DNA from: Euryarchaeota archaeon UBA462
GTDB lineage: Archaea; Thermoplasmatota; Poseidoniia; Poseidoniales; Thalassarchaeaceae
Assembly: GCA_002506755.1 (NCBI GenBank)
Contig: DAYD01000016.1
Span: 2,853 to 66,852 of the forward strand
Reading direction: 5' to 3'
DNA length: 64,000 bases
Numbering within the stretch: position 1 is the stretch's first letter; each line of letters opens with the position of its first letter. Under the pieces are notes generated by a model, which did no database searches, was not told where the DNA came from, and saw nothing but the letters and a program-made list of their open reading frames with translations. Positions 29,140 through 39,275 of this stretch are shown here, one piece after another. The position numbers were made by a program, and so were the translations under genes.

Positions 29140-30013
29140 TCCCCATCATCCCGATAAATTCAATCATCCTAGGATTAAAATCCTGTCGCACTAGCCCAAT
29201 TTCCTTGCCCTTCTCTAAAAAGAGCATCACTGCTTCCCTACCATCTTCACCGTAATCGATGGTCCTTTCATTAACATACATTCTCACAAACTCCTCATTA
29301 GTGTCTTTATCAATACCCCTTCCCCATTTTCTAGCAAATTCTAAGGCAAGTTCCGGTTCAGATAATGAATACTCGATACTCCTCCTTATGTCCTCCGCAA
29401 TGATTTCACAAGTCTCGTGTCCCAAGTCGGTTCTGACAACGTTACCACCTAATGGCAAGGGCAAACCAGTCTCGGTATTCCACCATACTCCAAGATCAAT
29501 TACAAGATTGACTCCGAGATCTTTCCAAGTAAGTTGACCTTCGTGAATTATTACACCGGCGTCGTACTCTCCCGACATCACCCCAGGTAATATTTCATCA
29601 AATGGAATTTCCTTAACCTTGACATCCCCTAGAGCAAGTTTCAATGCCAAATAAGAGCTAGTACTTAGCCCGGGTATTGCGATTTCTGTATGCTTCGCCT
29701 GCTCCACAGACATCTTGGATTTAGAAATTAGAATAGGCCCGTATCCCTCTCCCATTGATGCGCCGCAATTCATCAGATTGTAGGTGTGTGAAACGTCAGG
29801 ATAGGAATTTATGCTTACAGCTGAAACCTCATATGTTCCCTTCTTAGCTTCTTCATTGAGAGTATCAATATCGACCAAAAAATGTTCATATATCCTCCCT
29901 GGTGTTTCTAATGCTCCTGTAGTTAGAGCGTAGAACATGAACGCATCATCTGGATCGGGTGAATGACCAACTCTAATTTTGAGACTTTCATTGCTCATGA
30001 TACTTGCCGTCAA
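29132..30013 (-). CDS. mqnD: 1,4-dihydroxy-6-naphthoate synthase (futalosine pathway)
   Basis: GHSPDPDDAFMFYAL, GASMGEGYGP, IIHEGQLT, GLPLPLGGN, MYVNE. Confidence 0.92.
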   Translation of the reverse strand: MTASIMSNESLKIRVGHSPDPDDAFMFYALTTGALETPGRIYEHFLVDIDTLNEEAKKGTYEVSAVSINSYPDVSHTYNLMNCGASMGEGYGPILISKSKMSVEQAKHTEIAIPGLSTSSYLALKLALGDVKVKEIPFDEILPGVMSGEYDAGVIIHEGQLTWKDLGVNLVIDLGVWWNTETGLPLPLGGNVVRTDLGHETCEIIAEDIRRSIEYSLSEPELALEFARKWGRGIDKDTNEEFVRMYVNERTIDYGEDGREAVMLFLEKGKEIGLVRQDFNPRMIEFIGMMGNE

Positions 30014-30088
30014 TAATTAGTTGAAATGCATTTGCATCAAGATTTTAGACACGGAATGATGAAGAACAATGCCATATTAGTGTCTTTT

Positions 30089-30283
30089 ATGCCTGACCCA
30101 AACAAACTATCAACGGCTTCCGGCCAACTAGGACCTATTTGCGCCATTACCGGGAAAGCGCTGAGATTCTCAGAAGCCATTGTACTGGACAACGAATACG
30201 TCTGTTGGGAGGCCTATATAGAAACCACCGGGGCCTCACCTTCTTCAGAAGGAAAAGAAGTAGGCGGCCTAAAGCTAGAATGA
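30089..30283 (+). CDS. Small hypothetical protein (degenerate zinc-finger-like)
   Basis: MPDPNKL...ICAITGK...EYVCWEAY; directly upstream of priS. Start uncertain. Confidence 0.5.
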   Translation: MPDPNKLSTASGQLGPICAITGKALRFSEAIVLDNEYVCWEAYIETTGASPSSEGKEVGGLKLE

Positions 30284-30319
30284 TTGAAACCTTATTTCCC
30301 CTCTGTATTTTGATGTTTC

Positions 30320-31522
30320 ATGGCAGAGGGTTGGAGTAGGTTCGCCCTAAGATTTTCAGAGTATTATGAGTCGATTAGCACAGACTCCATCTGGGTACCG
30401 CCTAGGTTGAGGAACAGAGAATGGATGTTTATACCATGGGGGGGAGGATTCCCCGATCGGCACAAGTCATTCGTAGACAAATCAGGACTTCACTCGTACT
30501 TGAGAAGCAGGGCCCCTCACTCATGCTTTCACAGCACTGCGTACTACCATGATCCAGATCAGGGGAAGATGGCTGACAAAGGATGGATGGGGGCAGACCT
30601 AATATTTGATTTGGATGGAGATCACCTTCCGGGGGTTTCAGACAATGATTTCCCCCTAATGATAGATGTCATACAGGAGCAAGCATGGACTCTATGGAAT
30701 GATTTCCTTGAACCGGATTTTGGATTCAGGCCTGAACATGCACAGATTACATTCTCCGGCCACAGGGGATTTCATATTCATATCAGAGATCCTAAACTGT
30801 TGCATCTGGATTCAAACGCAAGGAGGGAGATGGTTAACTACATCAGAGGGGAAGGTATTGACATTCAATCTAATATTTCAAGTGGCACAGAATGGGGAAA
30901 GAGGGCCATAAGAGGAATGGATGCCGTTCTAGACAAATTATCGGAAATTCATGATGGGGGAGCAAATAAAAGCAGCTTACTCAATGAACTTCACGGGATT
31001 ATCACTACCAGAGCCAAATCACACTCTGTCAAACTTCCTTCGACATCTATCAAAAGAATCAAGGAATTGGCTGATCTCTCTATGAATGATGATAGGATTG
31101 AGAGACTTAAGGAAAATCACAGGTTATCTGTATTCGGGGAATATTGTACTCCGATTTTCTGGGAATTAGTCAAAGGTGACTCTTCCGTTGTAATGGGGGC
31201 CGCCGGAGAGACAGATGAGGTCGTGACAGTAGACACAAAAAGAGTAATCAGATGGGTGGGGAGTCTTCATGGTAAGTGTGGACTAAGGGTGACTGAATTT
31301 CCACTTGAAAGATTAGATCCCGAAGGCACTGACCCCTTTGATCCACTAACTGAAGCTGTCACATTTAAGGGAGGCAAGGTCAATATTACTTCTTTGGAAG
31401 ATGATGTAACCGCTGAGATATCGGGTGAAAGACTAGATCTTTCAAAAGGTGATAAGGCCATCGTATCTGAATCAATGGCGATGTTCCTTTGCCTAAAGGG
31501 ATGGGCAGAGATATCAAAGTAG
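30320..31522 (+). CDS. priS: DNA primase catalytic (small) subunit
   Basis: REWMF, HSTAYY, GADLIFDLDGD (DxD), FSGHRGFHIH, DEVVTVD..R.IR..GSLHGK. Confidence 0.94.
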   Translation: MAEGWSRFALRFSEYYESISTDSIWVPPRLRNREWMFIPWGGGFPDRHKSFVDKSGLHSYLRSRAPHSCFHSTAYYHDPDQGKMADKGWMGADLIFDLDGDHLPGVSDNDFPLMIDVIQEQAWTLWNDFLEPDFGFRPEHAQITFSGHRGFHIHIRDPKLLHLDSNARREMVNYIRGEGIDIQSNISSGTEWGKRAIRGMDAVLDKLSEIHDGGANKSSLLNELHGIITTRAKSHSVKLPSTSIKRIKELADLSMNDDRIERLKENHRLSVFGEYCTPIFWELVKGDSSVVMGAAGETDEVVTVDTKRVIRWVGSLHGKCGLRVTEFPLERLDPEGTDPFDPLTEAVTFKGGKVNITSLEDDVTAEISGERLDLSKGDKAIVSESMAMFLCLKGWAEISK

Positions 31523-31609
31523 TTGGTAATATATTTACTACTGATAAATGAAACAATTGTATTACGAACTCACAGAATATTGAATAGTGGTGGACGTTGG
31601 TTTAATCTT

Positions 31610-32590
31610 GTGGTCGACCCGCTAGATGAACATGATTCGGATTCAGATGAAGGTAATTCCCCTCTTCCCCCGCCACCTCCTGGGATAGCCATGCCACCTC
31701 CATCAATAGATCTCCCTCCCCCTGAATTTGATCTTCCTCCTCCCGATAACCCCCCACCTCAATTCGGTTTTACTCCTGATGCTTCATCAGACAGTGATCT
31801 TCTGGATGCAGCAGGAAGCCTTCCTACCCCAGCTCCTAGCTCAACGGAAAAACCTCCTTCTGATTTTAAATCGGTTTGGGAAAATAGGAAGAGGTCGAAT
31901 CCTTCACTATCTGAAACATCCAGAGACAACATATACAGTAGAATAAACAGGATATCCTCAGGAAAGGGAGATAGCCTGATGGACAGATATTCAGACAGAT
32001 TCGGTTCCGACCTAGATAGAGAGATAATAGTTCTAAGAAAGAAGGAGCAACAAGATCTAACCTCAATAAAACCTACTGTTGAGCTAATTTCGTCACCTTC
32101 CAACACTGAGATGTCCCTAAATGAGTTCATTGATGCAATGGATGATGAAGAATTCGTTAGTAGAGTTGCAACAAAAACTGGAGTATCTGCTGAGGCGATA
32201 GAAAATCTAGACATCGATACGATGAAGAAGTTCTTCGAGATGGCCGATGAGGATAATTCTGGTACACTAGATTTTGATGAATTCGTAAATGGCATAATCC
32301 ACAGCTTCAGGACTAGGGACGAGGATTTCTCTCACTTTTTCACAGTCGTCAACGGCCTTCTTGGTGAGCTACCCGACGAAAAGGCAAATGCCTTCATCGA
32401 ATCAGATAATTTCAGCTTATTCAAGGAAGTCGGGGCCGAACCAGGATCTACGGAAACAAATACTAGAAGCGAATTCTTCAAGATGGTTAATGAACTGCTT
32501 GTGGACCTGCCTGACCCAGTTATGAAGAGCTTCACAAGTTCCCAGGATTTCGATCTTTACAAGAAAATTGCAGAGAGGTATGGTGGTTAG
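31610..32590 (+). CDS. Proline-rich EF-hand domain protein
   Basis: Canonical EF loop DEDNSGTLDFDE after helix MKKFFEMA; N-terminal polyproline; duplicated C-terminal helical unit. Start placed at GTG 31610. Confidence 0.75.
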   Translation: MVDPLDEHDSDSDEGNSPLPPPPPGIAMPPPSIDLPPPEFDLPPPDNPPPQFGFTPDASSDSDLLDAAGSLPTPAPSSTEKPPSDFKSVWENRKRSNPSLSETSRDNIYSRINRISSGKGDSLMDRYSDRFGSDLDREIIVLRKKEQQDLTSIKPTVELISSPSNTEMSLNEFIDAMDDEEFVSRVATKTGVSAEAIENLDIDTMKKFFEMADEDNSGTLDFDEFVNGIIHSFRTRDEDFSHFFTVVNGLLGELPDEKANAFIESDNFSLFKEVGAEPGSTETNTRSEFFKMVNELLVDLPDPVMKSFTSSQDFDLYKKIAERYGG

Positions 32591-33388
32591 ATGGGTTTGT
32601 TAGAGAAGGCTGGAGAAATAGAATCCACCAAACCAGAACCGAAGGTTGTGACACCTGAAAAGCCCCAAACTCCCGAACCCGTAGAAACTGCTGCTACTCC
32701 CGAACCAAAGAAGAAGAAATCAAGAAGAAAGAGGGAACGGAAGACAAGGGAGCCTAGGAAAAGAAAAGCAAGACCCCCTAAGGAGTTACCAGAAGGATTT
32801 GAACCTTCCACCCGGGGTCAAAGTACAGTAAGAAGAATCTCAGATTTCGCCGTATCATATGGCTGGTGCATCCCACTTGTAGGTTTGAATGCATACGGAG
32901 GGAACAATGATTTCACCTACATCATAATTTTGGGAATCATCGTGATGGTATTCAACCTTGGATTTATGCCATACAGCACAGGAAGAACGATGGGAAACTG
33001 GATCAGCCGAACCACATACATCACATCAAAATCCAGTAAGCCACACCAGTCATACCATCTTCTCAAGGGCCTGACATTCCCGTTGGTACTTATCGGGATA
33101 ATTCTTGTCTTCACAGCTCCATCTACTGGTCTGGACACAACAGGCGGAAGAATAGTGCTTGCGATGGGACTGGTCATGGTTCTACCGCCCTTCCTCGATT
33201 ATGTATTTTATAGATTCAAGAAAGACAATCTTGGGCTATGGGACACACTCTATGGGGGAGTTTGGATGGTAAGGACCACAAAGACCGCCGAAGCAAAAGG
33301 TTGGCTCAAGAGGCTTGAACAGCTGGGGGATTACTCAGACTCACAAGGCTGGTTCAAAGACAAAGACGACGGAGACCCAAGTTCCTAG
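32591..33388 (+). CDS. Membrane protein, RDD-like
   Basis: RRISDF, GRTMGNWI, GLWDTL pattern with about 4 TM helices; basic low-complexity N-terminus; abuts the previous stop. Confidence 0.55.
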   Translation: MGLLEKAGEIESTKPEPKVVTPEKPQTPEPVETAATPEPKKKKSRRKRERKTREPRKRKARPPKELPEGFEPSTRGQSTVRRISDFAVSYGWCIPLVGLNAYGGNNDFTYIIILGIIVMVFNLGFMPYSTGRTMGNWISRTTYITSKSSKPHQSYHLLKGLTFPLVLIGIILVFTAPSTGLDTTGGRIVLAMGLVMVLPPFLDYVFYRFKKDNLGLWDTLYGGVWMVRTTKTAEAKGWLKRLEQLGDYSDSQGWFKDKDDGDPSS

Positions 33389-33428
33389 TCGACAAAGTGC
33401 TATAAGAAAATACTGTTGAAGTTTGCAG

Positions 33429-33896
33429 TCATTCTACTGAAAAAGCAATTACTGAAGCAGGACCAGGGTTTCTTTTCCTTTCGGAAGTTTCTGGCTCCCC
33501 GACGCCACAGACTTGGGAATCTCCAGGAAATTTTGCCTTACCATAGTTATAGGAAGCTATGCAAGCGGATAGGTGTGCAGTAGCAATTGATGACATCATA
33601 AGTTGTTCGACTAATGATGTTGTAGTTGTCCAAGTACCGAACATAGCCGACGCGAGACCAATAATTGCTGAAAGAAGTGAAGTAAGCACAGCTATGTGCA
33701 TGGACAGCGCATTCAGATCTGGCCTAACAATGGATGCAATCCCGGCGGAGATCAACAAGAGCCCGAAAATGGTTGGAAATAGGGCCGTTAGATAATCTGT
33801 GTGTAGAAAAAATCCGAGGCCCAAACATGTCATAACCAACCCGGCTGCAACAGTAAGTTGAGGTATGTTTAACCCAAATGTGGTATATCTTTGCAT
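33429..33896 (-). CDS. Hypothetical membrane protein (about 4 TM)
   Basis: Hydrophobic helices; TALFPTIFG, MHIAV pattern. Confidence 0.6.
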   Translation of the reverse strand: MQRYTTFGLNIPQLTVAAGLVMTCLGLGFFLHTDYLTALFPTIFGLLLISAGIASIVRPDLNALSMHIAVLTSLLSAIIGLASAMFGTWTTTTSLVEQLMMSSIATAHLSACIASYNYGKAKFPGDSQVCGVGEPETSERKRNPGPASVIAFSVE

Positions 33897-34121
33897 ATCA
33901 TTACGTACTTATGCTCAGTATATTATAGCCTGTTTAGTCTTAACAACACGTCACTTCACAATTCCTTTGATCGTAATAAATAGCAACTAGTATTATTCCA
34001 AGTCACAGATTTGTTGGCAATAATCCATGTGCATTGATGGGCAATCTATGTCTCGGGCTGAAAATTACAGTCCAATCAACATAGTTCCCTAAGTCTTAAT
34101 CCATTCCTGGGAGAATCCGAT

Positions 34122-35180
34122 TTACTCTGATTCCGTGTCCTTTCTGATTTTGGCCAGTTCACGCATATCTTCATGCAGGACTCCGTCGTCTATAGCGTCT
34201 TGATCTGACTCGTCGACTATCTCTACCCCTAGTAGGGTCTCGATTATATCCTCCATTGTCACGAGTCCAGCAGTACCTCCGAACTGGTCCCTTGCCAATA
34301 ATAGCTGCTCTTTGTTTTCTAACAGTATGTCCAAAGCCTTGTCCACGGATGTATCCACGGTGCAATTCAGGATATCCCTCGATAGGTCAGCCATTCTTAG
34401 GTCGAAGTTATCCTCAGCAGCACTTCTAAGAATTTCACTTCTTAGCACGAGTCCCACCATTTCGTCAATGTTATTCTTGTAAACAGGCATTCTACCATGG
34501 ATCATTATTGGTATTCTATCCATAACTTCCCTTACGGTCTCCATTTCTCCTGCGGCTGTTATGACAACCCTCGGGGTCATTATGTCACTAACTTTAATCT
34601 CCCTTAGCTTGAGCAGGTTTTGTATTACTGCTTCCTCATCCTCTTCAATTACATCGGACTCTTCTGCAATATCGGCAAGTACAGATAGCTCATCACGTGT
34701 GACTGTTTCTGTCTCGACATCAGGAAACGGAGAGCGCATTAGTTCGATACACCAGATTATGGGCAGTAGTAGTGCCATCAGAGCTTTGAGCATTTGATAT
34801 GAGGGTATAGTGAGCCTTCTCCAGTATAGAGCTCCAATTGTCTTGGGTAGAATCTCGCTCAAGAGCAGGATGGCAATGGTCAAGATGGCTGCGGATCCTG
34901 CAATTACATATTCTCCTTCGAAGTTGTTCTCAACCTCGGAACCTACACCGAGTGCTCCAACGGTATGGGCAATTGTGTTTAGTGTCAATATCGCAGTCAG
35001 TGGCCTTTCAGGGTCTTCCTTCCATTTAGTCCAAGTTTCGCTAGCCTTAGCATGCTTTTCCTTGATTGCTACTATGTGGCCGTGAGTTGTAGTGAGCAAG
35101 ACTGCTTCTAGTATACTGCAAAGGAAAGAGGCGCCCAACGCTAGTATTGCGTAGGCAATCATTAGTGTGTAATCTGTCAA
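34122..35180 (-). CDS. CNNM/DUF21 plus CBS-domain protein (CorB/HlyC-like)
   Basis: SFLCSILEA, LTLNTIAH, SEILPKTIG, DIMTPR, GLVTMEDIIETLLG. Confidence 0.9.
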   Translation of the reverse strand: MTDYTLMIAYAILALGASFLCSILEAVLLTTTHGHIVAIKEKHAKASETWTKWKEDPERPLTAILTLNTIAHTVGALGVGSEVENNFEGEYVIAGSAAILTIAILLLSEILPKTIGALYWRRLTIPSYQMLKALMALLLPIIWCIELMRSPFPDVETETVTRDELSVLADIAEESDVIEEDEEAVIQNLLKLREIKVSDIMTPRVVITAAGEMETVREVMDRIPIMIHGRMPVYKNNIDEMVGLVLRSEILRSAAEDNFDLRMADLSRDILNCTVDTSVDKALDILLENKEQLLLARDQFGGTAGLVTMEDIIETLLGVEIVDESDQDAIDDGVLHEDMRELAKIRKDTESE

Positions 35181-35312
35181 TTCCTATGCCCCTCAGAGTC
35201 AGACGAGGCTCTTGAGAAAAGGACCGTTTGGATTCTCAAAGTTGTTGGCTCCGTGCATATGCGGGCGAACATGACATAAATATCTAACTTGGCGGAGTGA
35301 ACCAGTACCATC

Positions 35313-37505
35313 ATGGAACATGTAGCTATTTTCATGGCCTGGCCTTATGCTAATGGCCCATTGCACCTTGGACATGTCGCTGGTAATTGCCTCCCTGCTG
35401 ACATACAATACAGATACGAAAGAGCCAGAGGGAGAAGTGTACTGATGTGCAGCGGTTCCGATGAGCATGGCACACCCATTACAATCACTGCAGAGGAGAT
35501 GGGCATTTCCCCCCAGGAAGTCGTGGATAGGTATCACGAAGTCAATACTAAGGCTCTAGCGGATTTAGGCTGCTCCTGGATAAATAATGTAGATCCTCGC
35601 GGTCCTGAGTTCGGTGGCGCTTTATACAATAGAACATCTGATGATAAGCACAAAGAGTTGGTTCGGGAAGTTTTCACAAACCTGTTGAATTCCGGATTCT
35701 TGGAGCGTAAGACAATGCAGCAGTACTGCTCTGTTGGTAGAGGGGGATCTGTGAGATTCCTCCCCGACCGATACGTCGAAGGACAATGCCCGGTTTGCTC
35801 GTCAGATGGCGCTAGGGGCGATCAATGTGATTCCTGTGGCGCGACCTATGAGGCAAATGAACTGATCAACCCGAGATCCAAACTTGACACTGAATCAGAA
35901 ATCGAGATAAGAGATACTGACCACTTCTTCCTGAGGCTCGGCGATTTTCAGGATTCTTTAGAGAAACATGCTTCCGAGAGGAAAGGGGTTTGGAAACCTA
36001 ATGTCAGAGCAATGACAAAGAATTGGTTGGATATGGGTTTGAGATCCCGAGCGGTGACTAGGGACATTGAGTGGGGCATCTCCATACCTCTAGAAGGAGA
36101 AGATTGGGGATCAAAGAGAATTTATGTTTGGTTTGAAGCAGTTCAAGGATATTACACCTGTGCTAGGATATGGGCCTCCGAGTACGCAAAAAAATGCGGG
36201 CATCCCGATGGAGAAAACGCATGGGAGAAATGGTGGAAGGTTTCTGAGTCCGGGGACTCGCCCAAACATATCTATTTCATGGGCAAGGACAACATTCCGT
36301 TTCACACTATTATTTGGCCAGCCATAATTATGGGATTAAACGCGGCTGACTCCAATGCAATATCACATAAACCCCTATCGGGTCATTTAGCCTTGGAGTC
36401 TAATGTTTCTGCAAATGAGTACCTCATGCTACAGGGGGGGCAATTCAGTAAGAGTAGGAGGCATGCAGTATGGCTACCGTCATACTTGAAGCAGTACGAT
36501 CCAGACGCACTTAGATATTACCTATCAATAAATATGCCAGAGACACACGATACAGATTTCAGGTGGGATGAATATGTGGATAGAGTCAACAACGAACTGA
36601 TTGGGAAGTATGGAAATTTTGTTCACCGTGTGATGACTCTCGCTCACAGACTGGAATCGGCTAATGGAAATCCGCTTTCTGATTATGACATGCCGAAAGA
36701 ACATCTTTCAACTATCTCAGAAATTCAGAACCTCATCTCTAATGCTATTGAGTCTATGGAGAAACAGAGATTCAAGGAGGCACTGAGGTACATTATGGGA
36801 ATAGCACAGATTGGAAACGTATTACTTCAGGAAGCCTCACCGTGGAAATACATTAACGAGGTAGAATCTCCAGATAGGACAAGATCCCTATCCGCTCTTG
36901 CACTATCATGGAGGATTTGCTCCGCTCTGGCAGTCTGCATGAGGCCATTCATACCCTTTTCGTCAGATCGACTATGGAAAATGATGGGCAATGACTGGAA
37001 TATCGACACCGTACTGTGGGAGGATTCTATGGAGACGGAAACAAAATTATGTTGGAATGGCACAAAGCCAGAACCGCTATTTACTAGGCTAGATTTAGAG
37101 GAGATTCTCAAAAGCGAATCGAAACTCGTAGACAGTAAGGACAATGAAACATCAATCAAGCCGGAGGATAATGGTGGTAGTATCGAGTTTGAAGATTTTA
37201 TGAAAGTAGAGATGAGAACCGGGAAGATAATATCCGTTGAGGATCATCCAAATGCCGACAAACTTTTCGTAATTACTATAGAGGACTCTCCTGATTCTAG
37301 AAGAACTGTTTGTGCAGGTTTGAAGGGCCACTATGAGCCATCTGAACTGGAGGGAATGAATGTAGTCTACGTTGCTAACCTAGAGCCCAGAAAACTCAGA
37401 GGAATCATTTCAGAAGGAATGTTGCTTGCTGCTGATGATGGGGAAGGGGATGTTAAGATCCTTACAACCGAAGGCGAGATAGAACCCGGGTCTAGAGTTA
37501 GGTAG
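35313..37505 (+). CDS. metG: Methionine--tRNA ligase with C-terminal tRNA-binding domain
   Basis: AWPYANGPLHLGH, SDEHG, YVWFEA, MGKDNIPFH, FSKS, HPNADKL...SEGMLLA. Confidence 0.97.
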   Translation: MEHVAIFMAWPYANGPLHLGHVAGNCLPADIQYRYERARGRSVLMCSGSDEHGTPITITAEEMGISPQEVVDRYHEVNTKALADLGCSWINNVDPRGPEFGGALYNRTSDDKHKELVREVFTNLLNSGFLERKTMQQYCSVGRGGSVRFLPDRYVEGQCPVCSSDGARGDQCDSCGATYEANELINPRSKLDTESEIEIRDTDHFFLRLGDFQDSLEKHASERKGVWKPNVRAMTKNWLDMGLRSRAVTRDIEWGISIPLEGEDWGSKRIYVWFEAVQGYYTCARIWASEYAKKCGHPDGENAWEKWWKVSESGDSPKHIYFMGKDNIPFHTIIWPAIIMGLNAADSNAISHKPLSGHLALESNVSANEYLMLQGGQFSKSRRHAVWLPSYLKQYDPDALRYYLSINMPETHDTDFRWDEYVDRVNNELIGKYGNFVHRVMTLAHRLESANGNPLSDYDMPKEHLSTISEIQNLISNAIESMEKQRFKEALRYIMGIAQIGNVLLQEASPWKYINEVESPDRTRSLSALALSWRICSALAVCMRPFIPFSSDRLWKMMGNDWNIDTVLWEDSMETETKLCWNGTKPEPLFTRLDLEEILKSESKLVDSKDNETSIKPEDNGGSIEFEDFMKVEMRTGKIISVEDHPNADKLFVITIEDSPDSRRTVCAGLKGHYEPSELEGMNVVYVANLEPRKLRGIISEGMLLAADDGEGDVKILTTEGEIEPGSRVR

Positions 37506-37540
37506 AAGCGGATAGGACCAGTATAGTCTGGATGGAACCA

Positions 37541-39250
37541 TCAATCCCTTTTTCCATTATGTATAATCGCAGTTATGATGATTGCAAATACTGCCGGGAT
37601 TAATGAAAAACCTGGCGTGAAAACTCCGCCCGTTGGCATATCAGCCCAAAGATCGTAGAACATGATTTGAAAATCCTTGTTCCTATAATCATCATCTTCC
37701 GCGCAGGGATCTATTAACTTCTCAGCCCTACTTGCTGTGTATGCATCACCTGTTGATGTGAACCCGTCATTGTCAGAATCCGACCATGACAGGGTCCATT
37801 GAAAACATTGGTCTGTGAAGGACATCGATTGAGCGCTCAAGGGCATGCTTGCTACTATGCTTCCCCCATCTTCATCTGTGTAGACCACCCTAATCGCTAT
37901 CTCTGCAAGATCTACTTCCTCAAAGTGTTCCTCGCTCAAATCTCCTGACCATGTCTTGGTGGACCCTGATTCCTCTACCACTTCGTTTTCTACTATCATT
38001 GTCATAGAGGTTCTCGGAAGACTGGTATCGACAGAAATACTGAATCTGGATGGGTCCATTACCTCTATAGAACATCTAGCCATACCATTTACCTCCGATA
38101 TTTCCAAATAATTCAAGCTGGAACCAATTAGCTCCATCCTTATGGCCACTCCTCTTGAGTCGTTCATCGATACTGCTATGTTCATCCCATCGATATGGGT
38201 AATATTCCAACCATCCCCCCACGAAAATGGGTCTTCTTCGATGAACTCATCACAGTAATTCTCGCCTTCTCCCTCATCATCAGATGGTTCTCCCGACCCT
38301 TCTTCATCGTCTTGGAAGGGATTTTCATACTCGTATACTTCGTCTCTAGCATAGTACCAAGAGCCAGAGCTTGAGCTCCCTATTCTGTAGTTTATTCCAT
38401 CGGGCCCTTGCAATGTTGTTTGCTCCATTTGAATGTCGCCCATGAACCTGAGTACCATGCTTTGGTACACGGTTTGATTGGTGGGGTCATGACCCATGAT
38501 CATCTCTAATCCAGTCGTGTTGGCATTGGAGTCTATTTCCATTCCTTCTTCCTCAGAACTCACAGATACATCTACGATTTTAACGAAAGAGGTCACATTG
38601 CTCAATTCTGAAAGGTCAATTATTTCTTCAGGATCATCAAGCAATGCCTGGAAATCAAGCAATGAGAGTATGTATGGATATGTGCACATTGTAAGATTAC
38701 TTTGGGTAGCGCTGGGATCGTAATTTGTAGCATTTGTATCCATGCAGCCCTCTTTCTCCGCCCAGTCATACACTCCATCTTTGTCCTCATCATAATCGCA
38801 GGAACCATCATCATCGGTGGATGACGAATTGAAGTTGTTAGCGTTTGGGTCGACGCAGCCCATGGTCTCGAAGTCATCCAATATTCCATCACCATCACTA
38901 TCGTATACGCAGCTACCATCATCCTCGGTAGCGTTAACATCGAAATTAACTGCATCAGAATATGTACATCCCGGGGTTGGCTCAGAAACGACCGGGTATC
39001 TGCAAGACCCGTCATCTTCGGTAGCTGCCTGATTAAAATTGATTGCACCTTGGTACATGCAACCTAGAACCGGCTGAGGGGCTTCGCGATAAACGCAAGT
39101 GCCATCATCGACAATCGCAGTCGAATTATAGTTCATTGCGTCTGGATATGTGCACCCCAGAGTTCCTTCAGGCGTCTCTATGTCTGATTCAGCGCAACCA
39201 GATAGGAGGGCGGGAATAACTAGCAATGCTATGATAACTTGGTACCTCAT
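37541..39250 (-). CDS. Surface lipoprotein with Cys-flanked Asp-rich repeats and PGF-CTERM-like tail
   Basis: Start MRYQVII at 39250; lipobox LLSGC; five GC..(P/D)A.N(Y/F)...A..DDG.C-type repeats; TPGF + TM + KRD C-terminus. Confidence 0.8.
   Translation of the reverse strand: MRYQVIIALLVIPALLSGCAESDIETPEGTLGCTYPDAMNYNSTAIVDDGTCVYREAPQPVLGCMYQGAINFNQAATEDDGSCRYPVVSEPTPGCTYSDAVNFDVNATEDDGSCVYDSDGDGILDDFETMGCVDPNANNFNSSSTDDDGSCDYDEDKDGVYDWAEKEGCMDTNATNYDPSATQSNLTMCTYPYILSLLDFQALLDDPEEIIDLSELSNVTSFVKIVDVSVSSEEEGMEIDSNANTTGLEMIMGHDPTNQTVYQSMVLRFMGDIQMEQTTLQGPDGINYRIGSSSSGSWYYARDEVYEYENPFQDDEEGSGEPSDDEGEGENYCDEFIEEDPFSWGDGWNITHIDGMNIAVSMNDSRGVAIRMELIGSSLNYLEISEVNGMARCSIEVMDPSRFSISVDTSLPRTSMTMIVENEVVEESGSTKTWSGDLSEEHFEEVDLAEIAIRVVYTDEDGGSIVASMPLSAQSMSFTDQCFQWTLSWSDSDNDGFTSTGDAYTASRAEKLIDPCAEDDDYRNKDFQIMFYDLWADMPTGGVFTPGFSLIPAVFAIIITAIIHNGKRD
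38678..39157 (-). repeat. Five tandem intragenic Cys-flanked repeats (about 22 aa each)
   Basis: GCTYPDAMNYNSTAIVDDGTC; GCMYQGAINFNQAATEDDGSC; GCTYSDAVNFDVNATEDDGSC; GCVDPNANNFNSSSTDDDGSC; GCMDTNATNYDPSATQSNLTMC. Confidence 0.85.
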
Positions 39251-39275
39251 ACCCTCTTGAAAACAATCAGGCAAA

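Noticed and set aside
33897-34121. AT-rich 225-bp gap as an ncRNA or replication origin
   Set aside because: No convincing hairpin, ORB-like repeat or adjacent cdc6 found by eye.
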